Assembly (NCBI GenBank): GCA_965219455.1
Contig: OZ244744.1
Location: forward strand, 2,528,001 to 2,592,000
Length of the DNA: 64,000 bases
DNA from: Candidatus Latescibacterota bacterium
Lineage (GTDB): Bacteria > Latescibacterota > UBA2968 > GCA-2709665
Direction of reading: 5' to 3'
This document shows positions 1 through 8,955 of this stretch, piece by piece (the stretch's first letter is position 1; each line of letters opens with the position of its first letter). The notes below the pieces were generated by a model. It was not told the DNA's origin, did not search any database, and saw only the letters and a list, made by a program, of their open reading frames with translations. Made by a program: the position numbers and the translations under genes.

Positions 1-22
1 GACAACAGGCCTGAGTAACCCA

Positions 23-364
23 ATGAACACAATGACCCATAGAGGATATGCGGCTCGAATCGACTATAGCCATGAAGACGGCTGCTTCGTTGGTCATATT
101 GCAGGGATCAATGATGTGGTAGGCTTTCACGGCGAGTCGGTCGAAGAACTGCGTGATGCTTTTGTGGAATCGGTGGACGACTATCTTGAAACCTGTGAAA
201 AGCTCGACATGTCCCCTCAAAAGCCATATTCCGGCAATCTGATGTTGCGGATTCCACCAGAGGTTCACGCAGCGATTGCCACGGCGGCTGAAGTCAGCGG
301 AAAGAGTATCAATCAGTGGGCGACTGAAACACTCGCCGATGTCTTGGAGACGGATGCACGATAA
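23..364 (+). CDS. hicB: HicB family antitoxin (copy 1); 3' tip of hicA at 1-14
   Basis: 113 aa ORF, YAARIDYS..DGCFVGHIAGINDVVGFHGES, C-terminal RHH (YSGNLMLRIPPEVH...GKSINQW); near-identical to 3130-3474. Confidence 0.92.
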   Translation: MNTMTHRGYAARIDYSHEDGCFVGHIAGINDVVGFHGESVEELRDAFVESVDDYLETCEKLDMSPQKPYSGNLMLRIPPEVHAAIATAAEVSGKSINQWATETLADVLETDAR

Positions 365-575
365 TGAGGGAAGCGAAGGCAGCGTATATGGTATGCGCCT
401 TATGTGGGACCCTTTTATGGCTTCGCTCTGAAACCGGCCGCGTCACAAGCAATCCGGATTCGCAAGCCAGAACGCACGACATGACGTAGCGAAGACTTCC
501 TTAATCACCAAAGATTCCTATCTCGTTTTTCTTGACACATGTCGCGGCGAATTTGACAAGATATGAGGTATTGAA

Positions 576-1463
576 TTGGCTTGCCTATGTATTCTCTGTG
601 AGAGTTCTCCACCGATAGAGAATTCCCATATAGTCCCGAAATTATTCATTCGAAGGCTTATGAAAGGCACTTCAGTAAAGGCGCTCAGAGATTCCAATAA
701 CGTGACAAGACCAGTTCAGGATGGATGGAAGGGGCGATACCTTTGCCAGCAGTGTGAGATACGGTTTTCTGCCTGGGAAACAGATTTCGCCAATAGAATT
801 TACGATCCCTTTCTGAATGCGAGCAAGGATCCCGCAGTGCAAGACATTACGTTGGTGCTCTTTGTCACCTCCCTCCATTTTCGTTACTTGGAATATGCGA
901 AGGAACGCAATAGTGGTTTTACTGAAAGTGAAGATTTGTCCAATCTCACAAAAAGACTGAAGGATGCACTCTTAGAAAGTCGTTCACCGGTTGATATACA
1001 TCTGTACGCGATGCCATTGTACCCAATAACGGATCCTGGAATTCTTCCGGCAGGTGTAAATACCTATTTCTTTGAAGCCATAGATGGCTGCGCTTTTGAT
1101 TGGTTTCTGTCAAGCGATAGAACGATTTGGATTTCATATGTAAAGGTTCCAGGATTTATGTTCTTTTCAAGCTCCGGACCAATAGAAGATATCTGGAGTG
1201 GACCAGATTCATTGGAGCCATACAAAATCGATGGAAATGGAACATTCGACTTAGACATAAAACATTCCCGTATTCTGTTATCTGTAGTGGATTGTTTCTT
1301 GGAAAAGCGGACTCGGGAAATCCAAGAAGCTTATAGAAGCATGCCAGATTCCCAGATTTTAAAAATCATTGAACAAATCAAAAAAGATCCTGATTATCAG
1401 AATAGCAGAGCTTACCGAACCTACCTTTTTGACTTGCAGCTAATCCGTAATTGCGAGATCTGA
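576..1463 (+). CDS. Hypothetical HNH-like zinc-binding protein
   Basis: 295 aa low-GC ORF with CILC...SHIVP...YLCQQCE motif typical of HNH-like proteins. Confidence 0.65.
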   Translation: MACLCILCESSPPIENSHIVPKLFIRRLMKGTSVKALRDSNNVTRPVQDGWKGRYLCQQCEIRFSAWETDFANRIYDPFLNASKDPAVQDITLVLFVTSLHFRYLEYAKERNSGFTESEDLSNLTKRLKDALLESRSPVDIHLYAMPLYPITDPGILPAGVNTYFFEAIDGCAFDWFLSSDRTIWISYVKVPGFMFFSSSGPIEDIWSGPDSLEPYKIDGNGTFDLDIKHSRILLSVVDCFLEKRTREIQEAYRSMPDSQILKIIEQIKKDPDYQNSRAYRTYLFDLQLIRNCEI

Positions 1464-1752
1464 GTGCATATGTTTAAACGGGATGTCAACGACTACAATT
1501 CAGATTAAGAGAGTATGTACTAACACCTTGGAATGCCCTTCTTCTAACATTCTAGCCCTGGCAGCGGACCCTTCGCCCTTGTGGCCAACCTCTGCTCAGT
1601 TCGTAGGCGAAAAACGAACTCTAGTGAAACAGGAATCACTATCCTTAGATTCAAATACATTTCTACTGTTTTCTAATATTCACGACCCAATTGATCCACC
1701 CTGCGTATTCCCTTTCATCCCACATCTAAACCACACCAACGAAAGGAACCAC

Positions 1753-2111
1753 ATGACGAAATCCGATCCATTTGAACAAGGCCTCGCGGCCGGTGAGGCA
1801 GCGGCTTCCGTCACCGGAGGCGCGTCACAGTCATCGTCGAACGGCGGGCGTATGTAAGTGCGCACACAGAGTTTCGGGTCAACCGATGCGGAGTTGCGTT
1901 TTCTGCAGCGCTGCGGCGTGCGCCACAAGGCCGTTATCTTTCCGTTCCACCCCGGCAGGGGCTGGGACCTCGAGGAACTGGTCCAGGTACGAGAGCGCCA
2001 CGAGGCCTTCGGGATAACACTGGATATGAGCTCGCTGCCCATATACGAGAGATTTCCCAACATTATCTATTTTGGCAAAAGCCCGGAGCGTGACCGGGAA
2101 ATCGACCTCGT
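1753..2111 (+). pseudogene. 5' fragment duplicate of uxuA-like gene with premature stop
   Basis: Near-identical to 4227-4585 including RBS; TAC>TAA at 1855-1857; homology ends after EIDLV. Confidence 0.9.
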
Positions 2112-2258
2112 GGGTATTGACGTAACTGATCGGTAATACCTTAGTTATGCAAAACTGACGCAGGGAGCCCTAAACCCCACACCGAAAATCGCGCACAAAA
2201 CCAAACACCTCGAATATCTACCGAACCTCTTGGTGAGAGCTAATATACCGAGCATCTC

Positions 2259-2903
2259 ATGACCATTTCAATTGACTTCAACAATCTCACCGCAATTGAC
2301 CGAGGTCATGTCTTCCTTAGTCTTGAAGATAGTATCAAGGAGTCGTTAGGAGTATGGCCGGAGTTCCTTGATCGGATTGAGAATTCTCTTGAGTTCATAC
2401 ATAGAATCGGAGGAGAATATAAAGACCGATTTCGATGTGGCCTCATTCGTGCAGCCCTAACCGAACTCGTTTCGATTGAGGATATCCAAAAAAAACTAAT
2501 TCATAATCGTATTGTTGGCCATAAACATAGACTGAATACTTCACGCCAGCCGCTGCTATGTGTCGTACGTGAACTCAGAAATATTGAAATTCACATTTCA
2601 TCAGCCACACTTGCCGACGAAAAACGACAGTTATTGTGGGGAAATATTGATAATCCTAGAGAGGCTACTCCAGTCAAATGGACGATTCGTTGGATCGATA
2701 ATCTTTCTATCAGGGATTTCGAGCAGCTTCGGTACTTCGAAAATTATAACCGCGATGAATTTGACCGGGCATTGAGATGGTTTGACGACAACCAACGCAA
2801 ATGGGGTATCGAGGAGGTTATGTTTCGGGCGATCTCACTGTATGCCCATGAGATCGCCCATCACTTGGCGACAATCCGAAAATCGACTTTGATGTGTAGA
2901 TAA
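2259..2903 (+). CDS. Hypothetical protein
   Basis: 214 aa low-GC ORF, no recognised motif. Confidence 0.65.
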   Translation: MTISIDFNNLTAIDRGHVFLSLEDSIKESLGVWPEFLDRIENSLEFIHRIGGEYKDRFRCGLIRAALTELVSIEDIQKKLIHNRIVGHKHRLNTSRQPLLCVVRELRNIEIHISSATLADEKRQLLWGNIDNPREATPVKWTIRWIDNLSIRDFEQLRYFENYNRDEFDRALRWFDDNQRKWGIEEVMFRAISLYAHEIAHHLATIRKSTLMCR

Positions 2904-2938
2904 AGATTCCCAAGTCGGTATGGTGCAATCATTCCGGA

Positions 2939-3133
2939 CTGGAATGGAGACGGATTGAAGCCCTTTTCAACGCAATCGGAGCTAAACCAATTGAAGGCAG
3001 AGGTTCACGGGTGCGGTTTGAGCTGAATGATGTTGTCGCCACCTTTCACCGTCCCCACCCTCAGAAAGACGCAAAGCCCTATCAAGTGCGTGATGCGAGA
3101 CATTTTCTACAACAGGCAGGAGTAACCCCATGA
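2939..3133 (+). pseudogene. hicA: HicA toxin, 5'-truncated
   Basis: Reads LEWRRIEALFNAIGAKPIEGRGSRVRFELNDVVATFHRPHPQKDAKPYQVRDARHFLQQAGVTP*; stop overlaps hicB ATG; no ATG/GTG/TTG after in-frame TAG at 2897. Confidence 0.85.
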
Positions 3134-3474
3134 ACACAATGACCCATAGAGGATATGCGGCTCGAATCGACTACAGTGATGAAGATGGCTGCTTCATTGG
3201 TCATATTGCGGGAATCAATGACGTGGTAGGCTTTCACGGCGAATCAGTCGAACAACTGCGTGATGCCTTTGAAGAATCGGTTGACGACTATCTTGAAACC
3301 TGTGAAAAGCTCAACAGGTCCCCTCAAAAGCCATATTCCGGTAATCTGATGTTGCGGATTCCACCAGAGGTTCACGCAGCGATTGCCACGGCGGCTGAAG
3401 TCAGCGGAAAGAGTATCAATCAGTGGGCGACTCAAACACTCGCCGATGTTTTGGAGACGGATGCACTGAAATGA
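3130..3474 (+). CDS. hicB: HicB family antitoxin (copy 2)
   Basis: 114 aa, same motifs as copy 1, ATGA coupling to hicA remnant. Confidence 0.92.
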   Translation: MNTMTHRGYAARIDYSDEDGCFIGHIAGINDVVGFHGESVEQLRDAFEESVDDYLETCEKLNRSPQKPYSGNLMLRIPPEVHAAIATAAEVSGKSINQWATQTLADVLETDALK

Positions 3475-3564
3475 GGGAAGCGAAAGCACCTTAAGTAGTG
3501 TGCATTTTATATTTGACTCTGAGGCAGTTCGCGGAAAAACCGGCCCCGCGCCTAGGGGCGCGTT

Positions 3565-3835
3565 AAGGAATCAAAAGTCTAAACCAAATTCAACATCACC
3601 CCAAATTCCCTGCCTTCGGCGAGTTCCTTTTGAAGCGACCAAAAGGAACCAAAAGTCGCCGCTAGGCGCGGGGCCTGCTATATGCATGGCACGAATCTCG
3701 ACTGTGGACGCCCCAGAGCTTCTGCCCTGCCAGCCCAGGAGGATACCGTAATTGGCAGTGGGACGGAACCGCGCGCGCTGCTCTGGTAGTCCTCTTGAAC
3801 GGCATCGCGTTAGAAATCAGCCTGGCTTCCTGTGA
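3565..3835 (+). repeat. Long structured repeat family A (MITE/ncRNA-like), copy 1
   Basis: Collinear with 59500-59775: aaattccctgcc..gttccttttga.gcgaccaaaaggaaccaaaagtcgccgct.ggcgcggggcctg..atgcatggc..gctctggtagtcctct; boundaries approximate. Confidence 0.8.
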
Positions 3836-3844
3836 GCGAGGAGC

Positions 3845-4032
3845 TGTTAGCGATCAGCCAACAGCCGTCAGCTAAAACCCGATTTCGATATGGCGAGGCG
3901 ATGTCAATTCACGGATATTCGCGCCAAAAACGAGGGCAACCACGAGGGTTGCCCCTACAAATGCAACGCTGGCACGTACAACAGCGATATCACGGATGTC
4001 GGGTTTTTGTAGGGGCGGTTCGCGAACCGCCC
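3845..4032. repeat. REP cluster: cagc-rich unit plus GTAG-type REP pair (3933-3958, 4009-4032)
   Basis: agggcaaccacgagggttgcccctac and gtaggggcggttcgcgaaccgccc palindromes; related copies at 22131-22245, 49695-49775, 57340-57365. Confidence 0.8.
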
Positions 4033-4226
4033 GTCTTTCGCGCAATAACACGCCAATCCACTCAGCAGTCCTTCCAAATCAATTTCTCGCGCGAACGGTC
4101 TTCCGGACAAGAATCTCCGGGTAATTCGAAATGGATGACGCCACCAAGCTTTCTTCCACCACAGATCGCGACAGTGTACGTCGTCTGTTTCCCCTCATCA
4201 ATGCCATAACAACGAAAGGAACCAGC

Positions 4227-5297
4227 ATGAAGAAATCCGATCCGTTTGAACAAGGCCTCGCAGCCGGTGAGGCGGCCGCTTCCGCCACCGGAGGCGCGTC
4301 ACAGTCATCGTCGAACGGCGGGCGTATGTACGTGCGCACACAGAGTTTCGGGTCCACCGATGCGGAGTTGCGTTTTCTGCAGCGCTGCGGCGTGCGTCAC
4401 AAGGCCGTTGTCTTTCCGTTCCACCCCGGCAGGGGCTGGGACCTCGAGGAACTGGTACAGGTACGAGAGCGCCACGAGGCCTTCGGGATCACACTGGATA
4501 TGAGCTCGCTGCCCATATACGAGCGTTTTCCCAACATCATCTATTACGGCAAAAGCCCGGAGCGCGACCGGGAAATCGACCTCGTATGCGAGATGATCCG
4601 GACCGCTGCGCGCGCCGGCATCGATTCTCTGCGTTATAACACTTGCGTCCTTCCCATCGACCGTACGGAACCGGAGGAAGGTCGCGGCGGCTTCTACCAC
4701 ACCGCGTTCCGCGTGGAAAAGATCCCGGCGGAAGAACAGGCCAGGCTGACTGACGCCGGACGCGTCACGGCGGACATGTACTGGGAGCGAATTGACTATC
4801 TGCTCGAACGCATGATCCCCGTGGCGGAAGAATTCAAGGTTCGAATGGGCAATTCCCAGGAAGACCCTGCCACACCCCCCGGTTATATGGGCGTTGACAA
4901 AGTCCTCAATGACTTTGAGGGCATGAAGCGTTTCATCGAGATTCAGCGGGGTCCGTATCACGGTTGGAACTTCTGCGTCGGCTCCGTCGCTGAAGGGCTG
5001 GAAGATCCGGCCACTGAAATCTACCCCATCATCGAATACTTCGGCAGCCGTAACACGATCTTCCTGGTTCACTATCGAAACATCCTCGGCGGGCGTTACA
5101 GCTTCCGCGAGTCTCTGCCCGATGAAGGAGATATGGACTTTCACCGCGTGTTGAAGGCCCTCAAGGACACCGGCTACCGTTACGGCATCGATCCGGACCA
5201 CGTTCCGTGGACTGACGACGATCCGATGCGCTCCTATCAGTCCTACGCGTACTGCTTCGGCTACATCAATGCCATGATTCAGGCGGTCTACGGTTAA
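4227..5297 (+). CDS. uxuA: Mannonate dehydratase (UxuA)-like protein
   Basis: RBS gaaaggaacc; PVAEEFKVRM, FCVGS, VHYRNI, PDEGDMD, DPDHVP motifs. Confidence 0.85.
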   Translation: MKKSDPFEQGLAAGEAAASATGGASQSSSNGGRMYVRTQSFGSTDAELRFLQRCGVRHKAVVFPFHPGRGWDLEELVQVRERHEAFGITLDMSSLPIYERFPNIIYYGKSPERDREIDLVCEMIRTAARAGIDSLRYNTCVLPIDRTEPEEGRGGFYHTAFRVEKIPAEEQARLTDAGRVTADMYWERIDYLLERMIPVAEEFKVRMGNSQEDPATPPGYMGVDKVLNDFEGMKRFIEIQRGPYHGWNFCVGSVAEGLEDPATEIYPIIEYFGSRNTIFLVHYRNILGGRYSFRESLPDEGDMDFHRVLKALKDTGYRYGIDPDHVPWTDDDPMRSYQSYAYCFGYINAMIQAVYG

Positions 5298-5436
5298 GCC
5301 ATATTTAGGTGGTTTAAGGCGATCCGGGAAGTACCGATGACGGTCACCCTGGACCATCCACCATGCCAGGGAGTTGCTCCCTGCCATTCCTTCCGGTCCG
5401 GACAACCGAACCGGCACCCGGGCAAAGGACAACGAC

Positions 5437-6282
5437 ATGGAACCAGCTGAAATAGCGCACCATATCAGGGAAAACGGCTACTGCATCGTCGAGGACGTCA
5501 TCCCCTCAGGGGAAGTGGGCAGGATCCGCGAGCGCGTCGTGCGGGCGCAGGCCGCCACCGACGCCGCCCACCAGGCCAGGGAAAGGGTGACTCGAGCCAG
5601 GGGCCACCGCGTCGGAGCCCGCGGCGTCGGCGTGCTCAAGCAGGCGATCAACCACGACCAGTCGTTCGCGCCGTACCTGGCCGACCGGCGGATCGTCGGG
5701 GCCCTCGAGATCTTCTTCGGTCCCTGGCTGCGGATCTCCTGCACCGACGTCGTGGTGAACCACCCGGGGAACGAGCGCGGCTACTGGCACGCGGACTGGC
5801 CGTTCAACCAGACGAACGCCTCCAATGTCGCCGCCCCCTACCCGAACGCGATGATGCACGCGTCGTCGCTGTGGATGCTGACCGATTTCTCCGCCGCCAA
5901 CGGAGGGACGCTGCTGTTGCCGGGCACGCACCGGAAGGACCACAATCCGGCGACGGGAGACCTCCCCGGCTTCGACAACGAGGCACCCCAGCCGGCCGAG
6001 ATCAACACCGAGGGCAGGGCGGGATCGGTGCTGCTCTACGACAGCCGGCAGTGGCACGCGGTTGCCCCCAACCGGAGCGGCAGCCCCCGGGTGGCCCTGA
6101 TCGTGCGCTACGCTCCCTGGTGGCTGAACCTGAATCCGACGCACGTAGGCACGCCGGAGCACGACATGATGGTGGTGGAGACCGGCGGGAAGAACTACGA
6201 GATGGAGCCCCTGCGCCGCGACGTGTACGAGGGGCTTCCGGAGGAAGTGAAGCCGCTCTACCGGCACTTCGTGGCCAACTAG
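5437..6282 (+). CDS. Phytanoyl-CoA dioxygenase (PhyH) family, canonical HxD...H triad
   Basis: ENGYCIVEDV, WHADW, NGGTLLLPGTH, WHAV. Confidence 0.9.
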   Translation: MEPAEIAHHIRENGYCIVEDVIPSGEVGRIRERVVRAQAATDAAHQARERVTRARGHRVGARGVGVLKQAINHDQSFAPYLADRRIVGALEIFFGPWLRISCTDVVVNHPGNERGYWHADWPFNQTNASNVAAPYPNAMMHASSLWMLTDFSAANGGTLLLPGTHRKDHNPATGDLPGFDNEAPQPAEINTEGRAGSVLLYDSRQWHAVAPNRSGSPRVALIVRYAPWWLNLNPTHVGTPEHDMMVVETGGKNYEMEPLRRDVYEGLPEEVKPLYRHFVAN

Positions 6283-6347
6283 ACGAGGTGTCCGTAAACA
6301 AGCGACGGCGTTCAGCGCACCAAATTTTGTAGAAAAGGTTTCCAGAA

Positions 6348-8066
6348 ATGGCAAAGAAGACGTTTCGAAATGAAGCCCCTTCAAGAGACGATGTGTCTGC
6401 AGATGCTATCAGCATGTGCAACGCTGCGCAAGCTGGAGACGTGGCAAGGGTAAAGATGCTGTTGAAGACAAATCCGGATTTGGCAACTGCCAAAAACCAT
6501 CCGCAACACGGACGGCGCCCCATTCACTATGCCGCGCGGGAAGGTCATGCCGAGGTAGTGAAGATACTGCTCGAAGCGGGAGCCGGTCCGGCCGTTGGGA
6601 TCTGGCCTAACCGGGAGGCGTCGCAGCCGTTGACATTGGCACGGGACCGAGGGCATACCGAGGTCGTCGCTTTAATTGACGCGTGGTTGAACACACAACA
6701 TGGGACAACGTCTCGCGGGGTGGAGATCTGTGATGCAGCCCGGATGCAGGAGCTTGAGAACGTGCGCTTCATGTTGGACAAGGAACCGGCAATAATAAAC
6801 GAAAGCGATACAGCCGGCAATACAGCGCTTCATTATGCGGTGGGGCATATGCAGTTTGAACTTGTGACCGACTTGCTCACCGCTGGCGCTGATGTGAATA
6901 TCAGGAACGCCGAAAATGAATTGCCCATCCACCGCGCTCTATTTAAAGGTAGTGACCCCAACCGTGATAAGCCAGCGTATCGAAAGATGGCTGAATTGTT
7001 GCTTGCACATGGGGCAAATTACGACATCTGGGTAGCCAGTGCTCTTGGTGATCCGGAAGGTGTCAGGAAGATGCTGGTAGCGGACCCCGGCCTGGCGAAT
7101 TATCAGTGCGGGCGTGTGAATAACAAGAATGCATCGACCTATCCCCTGGCGATGGCTGCGCGCGAGGGGCACCTGGAGGTCGTGGACCTGCTCCTGGATT
7201 TTGGCGCCGACGTGGATACAAAATGTGAACGCAATGGTAAGGTGGTACATATTTCCGGCGCATTGATTTATGCACTGGAACGCAAACACTTTGACGTGGC
7301 CGAACGGTTAATGGATCGCGGCGCCCGCACGGATGCACCCTCAAATGATTCGGAATTGGGCGTCGCTGACGAGGCGTTGCTGTCGGGCAACCAGGAAATG
7401 GCGGACCGCATCTATGTAAATGGTGGGCGCCCGATGATGTGGACATACGTGAAGGCAAGACAATATTGCGTGATTGGCGAGTTACTGGATCGTGCCACGG
7501 TTGTTCGAGAAGCAGGCTATTTGCCTCAAGATCGTAGTGAAGGCGTGGTTCGACAAACCATGCGTTGGGGATTGAGCTTTTGAGACGTCAACGTAGCGAA
7601 AATGTGCTTGCGTTGCGAACCCGATTTTGATGCGGACTATTGGTTTGAGTGTTTGCGCTGGGGGCTGCAAAGCGGCGCCGGAGAAACCGTGCGGATGATT
7701 TTGGATTATGGTGTTGATGTTAACGTCCGGGGGCCGGAAAACTCGTCCTTATTGCATTGGATCGGGGGAAGCTATCTTGAACGTGAGGACGTATGGAACA
7801 ATAGTGAAGCCGTGATGATTGAGATGGCAGAAGTGTTGCTCGATTATAAGGCTGATTTGAATGTTCAGGATGACGAACTGTGTTCGACGCCACTGGGCTG
7901 GCATGTCCGCGCGGGCCACAAAGACGTGGTTGCTTTTTTACTTGAACATGGGGCATCCGCGAATATTCCCGACACACCGAAATGGGCAACGCCTGTGAGT
8001 TGGGCTGAAAAACGTGGGCATATGGAAATCGCGGAGATGCTTCGGCAAGCAGGTGCCAGGTCGTAA
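6348..8066 (+). pseudogene. Ankyrin-repeat protein split by in-frame TGA (7581-7583)
   Basis: Multiple ANK repeats (PIHYAAREGHAEVVKILLEAGA; GNTALHYA; TPLGW); ORFs 6348-7583 and 7602-8066 are in the same frame. Confidence 0.85.
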
Positions 8067-8227
8067 GAAAGGGAACGGCTCAGCGCGTAGGCTCCGCGGC
8101 CGAGTTCCGGGTTCCGGGTTCGCAAACCGGAGGAAGGCTATAGTGTCTCGGTGGCCGGAGGACGGCCGATTGCAGGCAGCCAAAGCAAGACAATCCCCAC
8201 CTTCATCAAAGAGGAGTCAGCCACGAG

Positions 8228-8955
8228 GTGAGTCAATTGGAATGGTTTGAAGACGAGTCCTTCTGGATTGCAATTTATCCGTTTCTTTTTGACGAGGCAA
8301 GATTTGAGGCTGCCGAGAAGCACCTTGACGACATCCTCAATCTGGTCGGTATGGACTCAGGGTCGGTCCTCGACCTGTGTTGCGGCCCCGGCCGCTTTGC
8401 GATCCCCCTGGCGCAGCGTGGGTTTCGGGTCACGGCGGTGGACAGGAGCCCGTTTCTGCTCGGCGACGGGCAGGAGAGGGCGGCGCAAAGGAATCCGGAC
8501 ATAGAATGGGTCGAGAAAGACATGCGTGAGTTTGAGCGCCCCGAAGCCTTCGACCTTGTCCTCAACCTCAACACCTCCTTTGGCTACTTTAATGATAAGG
8601 ACGAGGACGTCAGGGTGTTGAGGAGGATTTTTGGCAGTCTGAAGCCGGGTGGACGTCTCGTGTTGGATCTCCTGGGCAAAGAGAAGATGGCGAGGATCTT
8701 CCAGCCTACGACATCAGAGAAGCTTGAAGACGGTACCCTGTTGGTGATGCGCCACGAGATCTTCGACGAATGGTCCCGCATCAGGAATGAATGGATCATC
8801 ATCAAAGGTCCGGAGGTCCGCACCTTCGAGTTTCACCACACCGTTTATTCCGGCCAGGAACTGAAGGACAGACTGCTTGCCGTTGGATTTGGCGATGTGA
8901 AACTCTACGGGAGTTTCGAGGGTGAGGAATACGGCAGGGAATCCAATCGTCTAGT
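8228..8955 (+). pseudogene. Class I SAM methyltransferase interrupted near C-terminus by IS1380 (original tail at 10838-10880)
   Basis: VLDLCCGPG motif I; removing the IS restores ...RESNRLVAVAGKPELTAD*; may still function. Confidence 0.85.

Noticed and set aside
2112-2250. Possible IS end at the uxuA fragment breakpoint (gacgcagggagccct)
   Set aside because: No partner end, duplication or transposase remnant recognised
4305-6384. Long antisense ORFs (4305-5438, 5506-6384; likewise 13638-14750, 22159-23403, 50925-52289)
   Set aside because: Shadows of high-GC3 genes with clear family motifs on the opposite strand
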